Part shown: positions 1 to 14,204 of the stretch, piece by piece | Numbering within the stretch: the first letter of the stretch is position 1 | Layout: each line of letters opens with the position of its first letter | NCBI GenBank assembly: GCA_964016885.1 | Contig: OZ024751.1 | Coordinates: forward strand, 17,794,001 to 17,858,000 | Direction: 5' to 3' | From: Eledone cirrhosa | Taxonomy: Eukaryota | Length of the DNA stretch: 64,000 nucleotides | Made by a program: the position numbers and the translations under genes | The notes under the pieces: generated by a model | What the model saw: only the letters and a program-made list of their open reading frames with translations | What the model was told of the DNA's origin: nothing | Databases searched by the model: none

Positions 1-329
1 AACAATGGTGGGAGGTAAAAAAGCAAACAGACATGAATAAGAATTTTATAGGGAGAAACACGCTGCTCAGTAAATAAATGTATATTGATAAAAATGTTAC
101 AAAGACATTAAAATCAACGGAGAAAACGAAATATGGATAGCAAGTTAAATGACACAAACATAAAAAAATAAACGAACGAGAAAACGAAAATAATTTCATC
201 GAATCCAATTGAAAGATGGATGACAAAATTCATCAGGATATGTCCAAATTAAAATGCCATCATAAAATAATAGTGAAGTAATGGGTCGATTTAATCGACT
301 TTCCTACTGTCTCAAATTGTTGGCCAGAG

Positions 330-712
330 TAGATAGGTTAATGAACAGATTGTTTATATTGAAAATGAAAAGGGCATGTAATGCCCAATGCTATTTCATA
401 AATTTTCTAGAAACCATTAATGGAATCGGAAATGTTTTTGTCCACAGCAATGCGAGGGGACTAACTAGTGTGTGCTGCAAATTTCGAAGAAATCGGCTAG
501 ATTATCTTTAAGTTACGCCTAAAAAAAGGTCTAAAAATGACTAAAAAATGTGGTTTTTCGCTTAGGGCAGAAAAGATGAACATTGTTTTAGCCTATTGCA
601 CTTCAAGAAATATAAGTGACGCATGTGTAAAGTTTGAAAAAAAATCGGTCGGGTACTTCTCGAGTTTTAGGGATTTACACAGACAGACATACATCCTCTG
701 TTTTATATATAG
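330..712 (+). mobile_element. Probable non-autonomous Helitron/Helentron (DINE-1/HINE-like) element
   Basis: Ends in aagtttgaaaaaaaatcgg...gagttttagggatttacacagacagacatacatcc...ttttatatatagag: an (ACAG)n microsatellite followed by a TTTTATATATAG terminus, as in DINE-1-like elements. The 5' boundary is uncertain. Confidence 0.4.
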
Positions 713-735
713 AGAGATGTGTGAGAGAGAGTGAG

Positions 736-926
736 ACCGGTTTCAATCGTGGGTAATCACAGTTACTAACGTACTCAATACATTAGTAGAGTCTAAACAG
801 CAATTTAGTCCTGCTGAAGCAATTTCTATATTAAACTTTATATATATATATATATCAAATTTAATATAGAAATTTCTTCTGCAGGACTAAACTTGCTGTT
901 TACACTCTACTAATATTTTGAGTACT
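736..926. mobile_element. Fold-back family A, rearranged copy whose palindrome is centred on a (TA)n tract
   Basis: Tail ccggtttcaatcgtgggtaatc; gtactcaatacattagtagagt...ctatattaaa is mirrored by tttaatatagaaat...ctctactaatattttgagtac. Shares sequence with 8837, 17592, 19678, 40575 and 40874. Confidence 0.7.
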
Positions 927-939
927 TCATATACGTGTG

Positions 940-1014
<75 letters not shown>

Positions 1015-1134
1015 GCAATAAACTGAAAGGATCGTTAGACTATAAGATTACATGTTCCGTTCAAGTACTTTTCGGTTTGAGTTAAGATCTGCTGAGATCA
1101 ACTTTATTTTTCATTATTTCTGGATCAACAATGA

Positions 1135-1350
1135 CGGTAGGTTGACAGTATCAGTAGAGCGTCGGACACCATCCTTTGCAGCATAGTTACGCCCATTTAT
1201 GATCTGAGTTCAAATCCCGCCGAGGTCAACTTTGCCTTTCATTCTTACGGGGTCGATAAAATAAAGCACCATTAATGCACTGGGTTCGATTTAATCGACT
1301 TTGCCCTCCCTCAGAATGGCTGGCCTTGTGCCTATGTCCGAAACCATTAT
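1135..1350 (+). mobile_element. tRNA-derived SINE (octopod-type), one of about 17 copies in the window
   Basis: B-box-like gagttcaaatcc followed by cgccgaggtcaactttgcctttcat...ggggtcgataaaataaag and a tail gctggccttgtgcc. Confidence 0.85.
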
Positions 1351-1556
1351 TTCTAGGTCAATAAATAAAGGACATATGCATGTTCGGTAGAATAACAAGC
1401 ATGATAGGCGATAACTAAAGTCCTTGGGCTAATTCAGCATGTTGTTTGACTTCTGTCATTGGAAAAGCAGTATCGTCTCCATCCTCAATTGCTACCAAGC
1501 AATAGAAGGACCAATGAGGAAGCACTTTTCTTATATATATATATATATATATATAA

Positions 1557-1750
1557 AACGAAGGAAATGTGGTAAGGAACCAGATGGACCATAACGCACC
1601 AAAGTACTCAATACTTAGGGTAGTAGAGTTGGTAATAGGAACGAGTGGGACTCCGACTGTTGAGCTCAAGCCGTTTCGACACCTTTTTAGTCCAGAATTA
1701 GCTGTCGAAACGGCTTGAGCTCAGCCGTCGGGGTTCCACTCGTTCCTATA
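1557..1750 (-). mobile_element. Fold-back family B (tail plus palindrome) between (TA)n tracts
   Basis: ataggaacgagtggg...gccgtttcgaca is mirrored by tgtcgaaacggc...ccactcgttcctat. The ~75-bp tail recurs at 17455, 20261, 28120, 44900 and 62084. Confidence 0.85.
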
Positions 1751-1759
1751 TATATATAC

Positions 1760-2135
1760 ACGACCGTGACCTCTGGCGTCACGCAGTAATACAGAGTACT
1801 CGACCTCCCATGGGTACAAGCTGAAGCATATAGACAATATGCCCCCACACCCTCCCACTGCAAAGTGGTCGTGGAGGTGCCACGGCAAAAAAGCACACAG
1901 CCCACACTGTAAAGTGGACGTGTAGGCGCCACGAAAAAGCACCCAGCACTCACTGTAAATGAGGTTGGTGTTAGGAACGGCATCCAGCTGTAGAAATCAA
2001 GCCAAATCAGTTCCTGCATGAGCAAGGCATGGTCAGCCGACCAGACACTGCCCACAACAGGACCACCCGTCTAACCCATGCTAGCGTGGAAGAACGGACG
2101 TAAAACGGTGATGATGATGATGATGATGCTGATGA
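1760..2135 (+). mobile_element. 3' end of an RTE-type LINE, or an RTE-tailed SINE, ending in (GAT)n
   Basis: Tandem gtgccacg..aaaaagcac..actgtaaa subrepeats, then gttaggaacggcatccagctgtagaa...aacccatgctagcgtggaagaacggacgtaaaac(gat)n. Family assignment is from recall. Confidence 0.6.
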
Positions 2136-2149
2136 TATATATATATACA

Positions 2150-2332
2150 CTATCCAGGGGACTCCAACCGTGAAGGTTGCATTTTTTCAGGCTATCTCAA
2201 TAATTATTTATAAAACTAATCTATATTATATTTTATCTGATGAAAGCGCACCATAATCTGCCTTGGTGGCCCTTGAAATATGTATAATGAAATAAATATG
2301 CTTTTATTAATATAGTTTCCATTTGTTAATAT

Positions 2333-2340
<8 letters not shown>
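2150..2340 (+). mobile_element. Family F hammerhead element, single arm
   Basis: Near-identical to 62895-63085 and homologous to 8148-8417, 37210-37350, 52305-52450 and 57480-57975. Flanked by (TA)n. Confidence 0.8.
2229..2294 (+). ncRNA. Type I hammerhead ribozyme (family F)
   Basis: TATTTTAT-CTGATGA-AAGcgCACCA...TGGTGgccCTT-GAA-ATATGTAT-A-ATGAAATA: 8-bp stem I (one G.U), intact core, near-palindromic stem III. Confidence 0.8.
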
Positions 2341-2369
<29 letters not shown>

Positions 2370-2444
2370 AATATAACAGGATAAAATGTAATACTTTATA
2401 GCCATAAACACGAACAAAATATAGCATAATTAGTATACATTAAA

Positions 2445-2630
2445 TAATTGTTTCTACTTTTGGCACAAGGCCAGCAATTACAGAGTGCATTACTGGTACT
2501 TTATTTTATCGACCCCGTAAGTATGAAAGGTAATGTTAACCTCGACGGGATTTGAACTCAGAATGGCAAGGGCCGTAACTCTATGCGTCAAAGCATGACG
2601 TCCAACCCTCTACCGATACTGCCAATCCAA
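2445..2630 (-). mobile_element. tRNA-derived SINE copy
   Basis: Reverse complement of the 1135 family. Confidence 0.85.
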
Positions 2631-2677
2631 TAATATAACCCGTTATTGTTAATGCATCGTAACAACTAGTAATCATA

Positions 2678-2798
<121 letters not shown>

Positions 2799-2833
2799 TC
2801 CATATGTATATATATAAATCCATATATATATAT

Positions 2834-2904
<71 letters not shown>

Positions 2905-3509
2905 ATTTCTTTTCATCACATATTTTTCTACCAGAGGCTTTCCAGAGATTGTTAGCAATATTTATAGAAATATATAGAAATGCTCTCTCCTCAGGTGACG
3001 ATTGTGCAAAATATTATTTCTCCTTTTTCTTATTTTTCTTTATTTTCTCCTTTATATATTTTATTCTTTACTTATTTTCTTCCTCCGCCAAACCGCCCCA
3101 AACAGCCTGCAACTAAAAGTTATTTTATTTTTTCTATTTATTTTTTTTTATTATGGCTGCGGACCTAAACCGGAAATGATGTATGCTGTAAAATGGAAAA
3201 TCTTTATAATATTTCGACAATCTCTGCAGAAATGCCCTGGCTAACATTTAGCTCGGTGCCACGGGGCGCAATCGGAATAGCATTAGTGTAGTTTATTTAC
3301 TTGTTTTTCAATGACTTAGGAATGGTTCGTAATGGAGAACAGGTTATGTTTTCTTTGTATGTTTTTTTTTTGTTCTGTTTATTTATTTATTTATTTATTT
3401 TCTTTCTGTATTATGTTTCTTGGGGTGGCTGCCCCAACTAAAAAGCTATTAAAAGGTTGCGCTTCTGGTTTGCATTATAGTAACTGTGAGGCGAACAACA
3501 CCGTCGACC

Positions 3510-4113
3510 ACCAACCAACCAACAACACACTATTACCACTTTCCCTACCAGCAACCACGTCACCGCAGCCGGCGCCACCACTACTACCACCAATACCATT
3601 ACAATCAGCTTTACTGTCACTCACCACAACCACTACTATCACCAATAACACTACCACTACTATCACCATCAACAACATCACAACTACCACACAATCACCA
3701 CACCACCACTATCGATATCATAACCATTACCACCACCACCACCACCACCACACTAACACCACCACCACCACCACCACCACCACCAGCACACACCACCACC
3801 AACACACTAACACCTGAACCACCACATTAACACCATCACAACCACATTAACACCAGCACCAGCACCACCACCACCACCACCACCACCTCTACTAGCAGAA
3901 GGTTGACCTGGGGATAGGTAACAACAATAACAACAATATGACTATAAGCTCCATCATCAACAGAAATACCACTAACGTGGACTACTACTACTACTGCTAC
4001 TACTACTACTACTACTACTACCACTACTACTACTATGCCTAAAACCATCAATCTCAGCCACCACTAAAACCACACTGACCACCAAAATCACTTCCAGCGT
4101 CATAACTACTTCC

Positions 4114-4160
<47 letters not shown>

Positions 4161-4338
4161 TACCACCACCACCAGTACTACTACTGGCACCACTACCACT
4201 ACTTCCAACACCACCAACACTACAACTACTACCACAACTACCACCACCACCACCACCACTACTACAACTACTTCCACAACTACCCCCACCACCACCACCA
4301 CCACCACCACAACCATCACTACCATTACGATCACCTCT

Positions 4339-4390
<52 letters not shown>

Positions 4391-4680
4391 ACATCACCAT
4401 CACTTTTAATCAGCAGCAACATCAGCATTACAAGAATTACAATCATTAACGCCATCTACACCACCACAATCACCACCACCATAGTCATCACCAACAACAC
4501 CAACAACAGCAACATCATTAACACTAAGATTTCACCCAACACCCACCACCAACCACTACATCACCATCAAACAACAACAACCACCATCAACAACAACAAC
4601 AACAACAACATTAACACCAACACCACAATCATAATCACCACTACCTCCAGCATAAAACCACTAATACCAACTCCTCCATC
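3510..4680. repeat. (CAC)n/(CTA)n low-complexity tract
   Basis: Degenerate trinucleotide repeats. Confidence 0.9.
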
Positions 4681-4740
4681 CTCTCCCAGTGTGTGTATGT
4701 GTGTGTGTGTATGTGTGTGTGAGTATGTGTCCGTGATGTG

Positions 4741-4805
<65 letters not shown>

Positions 4806-4907
4806 TATGTGTCCGTGTGTATGTGTGTGTGTGAGTGTGAGTGTGTCTAGGATGTGTTAAGTAAATGTAGATGGATGAATGAAGCATGGGATCGAATGAA
4901 GACGTGT

Positions 4908-4969
<62 letters not shown>

Positions 4970-4995
4970 AAGAGAGAAAGAGAGAGAGGGAGAGA

Positions 4996-5050
<55 letters not shown>

Positions 5051-5476
5051 GAGAGAGAGTGAGGGGAGAGAGAGAGAGAATGATGGAGGTGAGGCTGTAC
5101 ATAATAAACTGTGAAATGGCGATGTACGAATGTCTTAGGGGAGAGACAAACAGTTTGAAGGGTACGTGGGTGCCAGAGAATTGGGTCGGGGTATAGGAGA
5201 GAATTGTTTCAATGGGAGGAGAGAGAACAGGGCAAGCAGAAAGGAAAGGAAGGAAGTGAGGGGATAAGGAAAGGAAAGAGAAGGGGACAAAAGAAAAGAT
5301 AATGTGCAGAATGGTGTGAGATAAAGTATGGGGGTAAGTTTCATAATGAAAGAGAGAGGGACTTCATTTTAGAGTGAATAACGATATTTGAATATTTACA
5401 TATCTTATTCTCTCTCTCTCCCTCTCTCATATATATATATAATCTTCATATATATATATATGAGTGTGTGTGTGTT

Positions 5477-5526
<50 letters not shown>

Positions 5527-5608
5527 TATATATATATATATAAATGAAAATATAGAAATTAATACATATATATTTATATATATATATATAAATATATATA
5601 TATATATT

Positions 5609-5643
<35 letters not shown>

Positions 5644-5652
5644 ATATATATT

Positions 5653-5716
<64 letters not shown>

Positions 5717-5886
5717 ATATATATATATATAATATCCATACATAAATGTATTTAGAAATAAACAAAGTGAAACAAGAATAAAACAAAAAGAGAGAAAGAT
5801 AAACAACACCACCACCACCACCCACCACCAACGACGGCAACAATACCATCAGTCCCACCACCGTCACCACCACCATCACCAGCTAT

Positions 5887-5921
<35 letters not shown>

Positions 5922-6906
5922 TTAGAAATACATTAAACAAAACAGGGGGGGGGGGGAGATGTTTCACTAAGGGACATAATAGAAGAATGTTTTGTCCATT
6001 TCGAAGTTGGAAGTCCCGCAGTGAATTTTAGCACGACACCTGGGAGAACTTCCGTTAAGTTAATGTTCGGACGACACCAATATTGTACTAGCATTTCCTT
6101 ATATGGTCATCACCTCTGGGCAGTACTTAGCGAATTATCTCTGCTAAAAGGTGCATGGAATGGTTGCAGCTTATTGATGGTGATATTGGTGGTGGTGGTG
6201 ATAGTGGTTGTGATGGAGGTGGTGGTTGAGGTGGTGGTGGTGGTTGGTGTTGGTGGTGATGGTGTTGGTGGTGATGGTGGTGGTGGTGGTGGTGGTGGTG
6301 GTGGTGGTGAAGGTAGTGAGGGTGGTGTTGCTGGTGGTGTGTGGTGGTGAAGGTGGAGATGGTGGTGGTGAAGGGATGGTGGGTGGTGGTGATAGTGGTT
6401 GTGATGGTGGTGGTGGTGATAGTGGTTGTGATGGTGGTGGTAGTTGAGGTGGTGGTGGTGAAGGTGGTGATGGTGGTGTTGGTGTGATGGTGGTGGTGGT
6501 GGTGGTCGTGGAGGTGGAGATGGTGTTGGTCGTGCTGAAGGTGGTGATGGTGATAGTGGTTGTGATGGTGGTGGTGGTGGTTGAGGTGGTGGTGGTGTTG
6601 AAGGTGGCTGTTGTGGCGGTGGAAATAGAGGGATAGTGAGGGTTTTATAGATTTACTGGAAAATACTAGCCTTTCATAGATTCGCACACTGGCATACTGT
6701 GTTATAGTTATACATATATGCACATAGAGACATACACGCATACACATAAACACACACATATATATTATATATATATATATATATGTGTGTGTATATATAT
6801 ATACATATATATATATGTACACGTATATATATATATGTGTATATATATATATACAATATATATATATATATATATATAAATATATATATATACGTGTACA
6901 TATATA

Positions 6907-6960
<54 letters not shown>

Positions 6961-6984
6961 CATATATATATATATACGTTGTAC

Positions 6985-7051
<67 letters not shown>

Positions 7052-7159
7052 ACATATATATATATATTGAAACACCCATTGAAACCTGAGACACATTCAC
7101 TCGAATAAGTAGATATGTGTTAAAGGTTATAGGAAATAGTAAAGAGACTTGGTAAAATG

Positions 7160-7470
7160 GTGTGTATTGCGCTGTGTAATGTGGTGTGTAATGTGCTGTG
7201 TAATGTGGTGTGTAATGTGCTGTGTAATGTGGTATATAATGCGGTGTGTGATGTGCTGTGTAATGTGGTGTGTAATGCGGTGTGTGATGTGCTGTGTAAT
7301 GTGCTGTGTAATGTGTTGTGTAATGCGCTGTGTAATGTGATGTGTAATGTGATGTGTAATGTGGTGTGTAATGCGGTGTGTAATGTGCTGTGTAATGTTG
7401 TGTGTAATCTGCTGTGTCATGTGGTGTCTAATGTGCTGTGTAATGTGCTGTGTAATGTGATGTGTGTAAT
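7160..7470. repeat. Minisatellite, ~12-bp unit TGTAATGTGCTG
   Basis: About 25 degenerate tandem units. Confidence 0.9.
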
Positions 7471-7629
7471 GTTAATGTTTAAAGTTGTGGAAATGAAATA
7501 AACGTGGGTAAAGTATTGTACTACAGATAGAATGGGGTATAGGTGGTAAAATATTGGTAAATGGTGGGCAAAATTGTATATCTTGATTAAATATACGGGT
7601 TAATAAATAGTTGATAATTAAAATACATA

Positions 7630-7662
<33 letters not shown>

Positions 7663-7671
<9 letters not shown>

Positions 7672-8119
7672 GTATAGAAATTTTGTATTCGAAAGAAAAA
7701 CGATTTTAGGAAGCCGTAGCTATGAGAACACCGGGGAGGGGGGGGACGATCGCCCTCTGGTGTTGTCCAGCAGAAGCAAGGGGGACAACCGTCTATGCAT
7801 TTCAGGTTTGACTGGCCTTCGTCAGGACGATCCCTCCCACTGCTCTGCGACTGCTGGACTTGAAAACAGCCGAGAATATATAGTTTTCTCGTCTGTGACA
7901 ATGAGGTGATTAATCTCATTTGCATATGAAGCTGCACAAGTTAAGCTCAAATTGTCAAGCCTGAAATGCATAGACGGTTGTCCCCTTTGCTTCTGCTGGA
8001 CAATACCAGAGGGCGTTAACCCCCGGTGTCCGCATAGCAACGGCTTCCTAATATCCTATTTCTTTCGAAATACGAAATTTCTATACATATTGTATAAAGC
8101 TATGCTTGAAGCGAAATCC

Positions 8120-8125
<6 letters not shown>
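7663..8125. mobile_element. Fold-back family E: ~145-bp inverted arms, ~140-bp centre, ~30-bp tail, inserted in (TA)n
   Basis: 7663-7812 is the reverse complement of 7954-8095. Confidence 0.9.
7790..7829 (-). ncRNA. Minimal type I hammerhead ribozyme (family E)
   Basis: Minus strand reads CGTC-CTGACGA-AGGccagtcaaaCCT-GAA-ATGCAT-A-GACG: perfect core, 4-bp stem I, palindromic stem III ATGCAT. Confidence 0.88.
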
Positions 8126-8147
<22 letters not shown>

Positions 8148-8152
<5 letters not shown>

Positions 8153-8500
8153 CGATATTAAACAAATGGAAACTATATTTATAAAACCATATTTATTTCA
8201 TTATACATATTTCAGGGATACCATATTAGAAATATGGCATGCCTTCTTCGGATAAAATACAATATATATGCAGTTTTATAAATAAATTTGACGTACCATA
8301 AATATTGTTCAACTTCCATTTAAAAAAGTTGGTTTCTAATACGGTATCCCTGAAATATGTATAATGAAATAAATATGGTTTTATAAATATAGTTTCCATT
8401 TGTTTAATATCGTATATCTACTCCAAAACTTGTTGAGTGCTTTATATTAGTTATAAAATATTTACTCGTTGTAACCCAACAATTTTAAATAAAACTTTTG
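8148..8500. mobile_element. Fold-back family F copy with tail; variant hammerhead (core CCGAAGA) on the minus strand at 8194-8259
   Basis: 8148-8222 mirrors 8343-8417. Minus strand reads TATTTTAT-CCGAAGA-AGG...CCT-GAA-ATATGTAT-A-ATGAAATA. Confidence 0.8.
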
Positions 8501-8501
8501 C

Positions 8502-8563
<62 letters not shown>

Positions 8564-8606
8564 ATGAGAATAAACGTGCTGCCTGGTTGCAAATGGGTTA
8601 CATATG

Positions 8607-8680
8607 AATAAAGTGGTCCTTCGTCAGTGACCTTCCAGCCTGTGATGGTTGGAAGATCACTGAAGAAGGACCACTTTATT
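8607..8680. repeat. Short fold-back (family L) with CTGANGA in each arm; relatives at 59441-59492 and 61095-61152
   Basis: aataaagtggtccttcgtcagtgaccttcca is mirrored by tggaagatcactgaagaaggaccactttatt. Confidence 0.7.
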
Positions 8681-8682
8681 AA

Positions 8683-8778
<96 letters not shown>

Positions 8779-8836
8779 TGTATGTGTGAATATTGATCTA
8801 ACTATCTATATATGTATATATTATATATATATACAT

Positions 8837-9024
8837 ATAAGTTTATCCCGGGTTCAATCGGGGGAAACAACAGTAAGTAACGTACTCATTAGATAGCAGA
8901 GTATACATATTTAATATAGAAATGGCTTCTACAGAACTAGAACTGTTTCATTCAGGAGAAATCACCAGGAAGTCCTGGTGACTTCTACTGAATGAAACTG
9001 TTCTCGTCCTGTAGAAGCCATTTA
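8837..9024. mobile_element. Fold-back family A
   Basis: Tail ataagtttatcccgggttcaatcggg followed by the palindrome aaatggcttctac...gtagaagccattt. Confidence 0.8.
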
Positions 9025-9040
9025 TATATATATATATATA

Positions 9041-9087
<47 letters not shown>

Positions 9088-9089
<2 letters not shown>

Positions 9090-9272
9090 GGCGGTGAATT
9101 GGCAGTATGGGTAGAGGGTCTGACGCCATGCTTTCTAGCATAGTTACGTCCCTTTACATTCTGAGTTCAAATCCCGCCGAGGTTAGCTTTGCCTTTCATC
9201 CTTACGGGGTCGATAAAATAAAGTACCAGTAATGTACTGGGTAATTGCTGGCCTTGTGCCTAAAGTAGAAAC

Positions 9273-9276
<4 letters not shown>
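9088..9276 (+). mobile_element. tRNA-derived SINE copy
   Basis: Full match to the 1135 family. Confidence 0.85.
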
Positions 9277-9321
<45 letters not shown>

Positions 9322-9400
9322 TGGAAAGGTGTTACTTTATGTGTGAGTTAGTGTTATTGAGATGATAGTAGTAGTAGTAGCAGGAGTAGCAGAAACGGCA

Positions 9401-9433
<33 letters not shown>

Positions 9434-10017
9434 GGGAGATTTACTGGGGTTTTTTAACGTACTATGAATCAGTATTTGTACCAATTGAACGCAGAGATTA
9501 ATAAACTGGTCACGTGGTGAACAAAAACTAGTTTGTTTCACACCGAACATAGGTAGGTATGAATGGTGGAGCGGTGTATGGTGTCTGTATGATTTCGTTT
9601 TTTTTTTTTTTTTTTTTTAAAGGGTGGTGCATTGTGCCTATGCCTATGTGTTTTCGTGTGTGCGAAGTACAGGGCGGTATGTGGTGCTGATGTTGTGTGT
9701 AAATGGTGATCATGGTGGTGGTACGGGTGAGTGGGGTGTGGATAGGTATCAATGTACAAACATATACAAACTTGTACTTTATATCCTTATACAAATAAGA
9801 TATTTGTACACACGCAAACACACATATAAACGTAATTATATTTGTGTATGTAACACTCAGATATATATATATATACGTAGTTCCATATGTCTATATATAT
9901 TTATGTATATTCAAAAACATACAAACACTTTTATATATATATGTGAACTTATAAAGGCACACACAGACACATATATGCGCTCACACACACGCACACACAC
10001 ACACACAGAGAGGCAGA

Positions 10018-10051
<34 letters not shown>

Positions 10052-10070
10052 TCTGTATGGTGTGTGTGTC

Positions 10071-10528
<458 letters not shown>

Positions 10529-10976
10529 GGAGTCTTACTTTTTCGCCCTAATCACATATACTGTGCTATGTGCCATTTTTCACTTTGATAGCTTTGTTAC
10601 CCCTCATCGTCTAGGTACGTAGTCTAAACCGGAAGTTGTGTTTTATTCCGCCGTCATTTCATTTCAATAAAACAATGGCGCTTGTTCTAACGCCGCTTTC
10701 TTTTCTCGGATTATAATCAAATTACTGGTCTCTATTTATCCAAAAAATTGTATCCTATCTACAAATCCCTTTGCACACCTAGTTTACTCATTTTTTTCTC
10801 AGTCCCTTTCTTCATATTTAACATGTTTTCATTTATTATATGTTTACTCATAGGTACGTTTATCGTGCGTTTACTACTTATGTATACAGTGTTTGTCTCG
10901 TTTGTCTGAATGAAATGTGCTCCCAGATCCAATCCAACATACACTCGGACACATTCGCATGTATATATATAAACAT

Positions 10977-11135
<159 letters not shown>

Positions 11136-11257
11136 CACTCACCTGCACATCACATATGTGTGCGCATGTGTAAACACACACACATACACACACTACATGT
11201 ATAACTATATGTATATATATATATGTTTGTCTGTCAGTCTCTCTCTCTCTCTCTCTG

Positions 11258-11288
<31 letters not shown>

Positions 11289-11481
11289 TTACATATATAC
11301 ACACACACATATGGATATATACAAATTTATATATACACACACATGGATATATACATATATATGCATCTGTATGTATATATATGTATATATCCATATGTGT
11401 TTGTATATATATATATGTAAATGTGTGTATTTATATATATAGAGAGAGAGAGATATTTAGACACACACACATATATGTGTG

Positions 11482-11512
<31 letters not shown>

Positions 11513-12097
11513 CTCTATGTGTGTGTGTTTATATACATTTGTGTGTGTACGATTGAGTTCCTCTCTGTTTCAACTGGGGTGTTTCTTATTCCAGGCCCGT
11601 TCCTTCCCCTACTCACCCATCTCTACCCCTCCACACATTGTGTATGTTTTCTATATATGCTATACTTATGCTATATATTGTAATCGGGTTCAAGAAGTAT
11701 GAAAACACAGTTCAAAGGGTTATATATACGAGTTCAAACGATCTGGCCACTATTTTCACTACTGTGCGTCACCTGCCATGTTTTACCGTTCAAATATTGT
11801 TTTTTCCTCCCTATTCTTGTCTTGCTGTAGTACTTTTTATTCCTATTCTTTTCATTTTGCCTTTCTTATTTTCATCATGATCATCAACATCATCATCAAC
11901 ATCAACATCATCATCATCATCATCATCATCATCACCACCATCATCATCATCGTCGTCGTCATCATCATCCATATCACATTCGTCATCATGATCATCATGA
12001 TCATTATCATCATCAAAATCATCATCCATCATCATCATCAAAACATCATCCATCATCCTCATCATCACCGACAGCATCATCATCATTCTCGTCATCA

Positions 12098-12625
12098 TTG
12101 GATTGGCAGAATCGGTAGAGAGTCGGACGCCATACTTTGCAGCAAAGAGTTACGTCCATTTATGGTCTGAGTTCAAATCCCGCCGAGGTTAACTTTGCCT
12201 TTCATCCTTACGGGGTCGATAAAATAAAGTACCAGTTATACACTGGGGTAATTGCTGGCCTTGTGCCAAAAGTAGAAACAATTATTATTATCATCAATAG
12301 CGGTGAATTGGCATAATTGGTAGAGGGTCAGACATGCTTTCCAGGGTAGTTACGTCCCTTTATGATCTGAGTTCAAATCCCCCGGAGGTTAACTTTGTCT
12401 TTCATCCTTACAAGGTCGATAAAATAAAGTACCAGTAATATACTAGAGACGATTTAATCGACTTCTCCTCCCCCAAATCACTGGCCTTGTGCCTGACCCT
12501 TTACGTTCTGAGTTCAAATCCCGCCGAGGTTAACTTTGCCTTTCATCCTTACGGGGTCGATAAAATAAAGTACCAGTAATATACTGGATAATTGCTGGTC
12601 TTGTGCCAAATGTAGAAACAATTAT
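12098..12625 (+). mobile_element. Three tandem tRNA-derived SINE copies (the third is 5'-truncated)
   Basis: ctgagttcaaatcc at about 12167, 12367 and 12508. Confidence 0.85.
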
Positions 12626-12707
12626 TATTATTATTATTAATAGTAGTAATAGTTGTAGTAGAAGTAATAGAAGTACAAGCAGTAGGAGTAGTAGCAGCAT
12701 CAACATC

Positions 12708-12767
<60 letters not shown>

Positions 12768-13710
12768 TTATTGGTTTCTTTTCATCTAGGGTTTACATTG
12801 TTTCTTTTTCCTTAATGAACACGTTGAATCAATTAGTGTGACTTAGTGTAAGGTGGAGTGCGGCTAATACTCCGGACAGTTCGGTGTTTTAGCTTCAAGA
12901 CGGCTTCGATTTACTGTTGAGGTGATAAAATATAATGAGACACACACTCATATCTTTCACACGTACGCACACTACCTACACACATACACTCGCCCACACA
13001 CATACTATGAAATATGCGTCTTATTTGTGACAGAAAGCTCGAAAGAATAAGATGAAAAGCAGAAACGAACGAGTGAATAAACGAGAATATGAATGAAGTG
13101 GGAAAGAAAAGGAAAAAAAATGGTTAGAAGAAGAAGAAGAAGAAGAAGAAGAAGAAGAAGAAGAAGAAGAAGAAGAAGAAGAAGAAGAAGAAGAAGAAGA
13201 AGAAGAAGAAGAAGAAGAAGAAGAATACCGTGCGACATTGAAAGAATCAGTGTAAAAAAGTTTTTTAAAAAATGATTTTGAAACCATTTAAAAAACATTT
13301 TAAAAATAGATTATAAAATAATAGCGATAAAAAATAATAAAACGGCGAAAAATAAAGTAATAAGAAGAAAGGAAAGAGAAAATGGACAAAAGAATGGAAT
13401 AAACGCATAAAGAGAGAAATTTGCAGAAGGAACAAGGAAAGAAAAGAAGCAAAACGTAGAAAATGTTAAGCAAATTGATAGAAGAAATATGGCGGCCATC
13501 TTAAACTAGTTAGTTAGAAGTTGGTATGTTTGTTTAGCTTTCTGTTGTCATTCAAAAATACAGCTTCGCTATTGATTCAGTCACACCTTTTATGTACCGC
13601 CCAACGGGTCTGTTTGTGTGTATGTTTGATTGTCCGCTTGTCAGTCAGTCTGTTGCGTGTATATGTCTGTGTGACTGTGCGTATATATGTGTGTATATAT
13701 GCATATATGA

Positions 13711-13788
<78 letters not shown>

Positions 13789-13829
13789 TTATTTATATTT
13801 ATATATATAGATATTTATATATATATTTA

Positions 13830-13874
<45 letters not shown>

Positions 13875-14204
13875 TCATATATAAACATATATACATATAC
13901 AAACTCATATATATATGTATGTATATATATATATATATGAGTGTATATATATATATGAGTATATGTGTGTATACGTGTGTGTATGTATTCTCCAGTGCTT
14001 CTTTTTGTATGAGTGTTTTTGTATGTATGTTTATATAGATATGTGTGTGTATACTAGCGTGTCTGTATGTTTACATACATGTGTGTATATATGTTAAGGC
14101 GCGTGGTTGTGTATGTGCGTTTATGTGTATGTATCTGTGTTTATATATGCGCATGTATCTATATGTGTTTATGTGAAGTGGCATGTTTTTTTGGTTAGGG
14201 CTTC

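Noticed and set aside
185-245. Minus-strand CTGATGA...GAAA (similar cases at ~2935-2997, ~35148-35180 and ~54320-54368)
   Set aside because: Stem I or core positions do not fit. They may be decayed hammerheads but cannot be supported.
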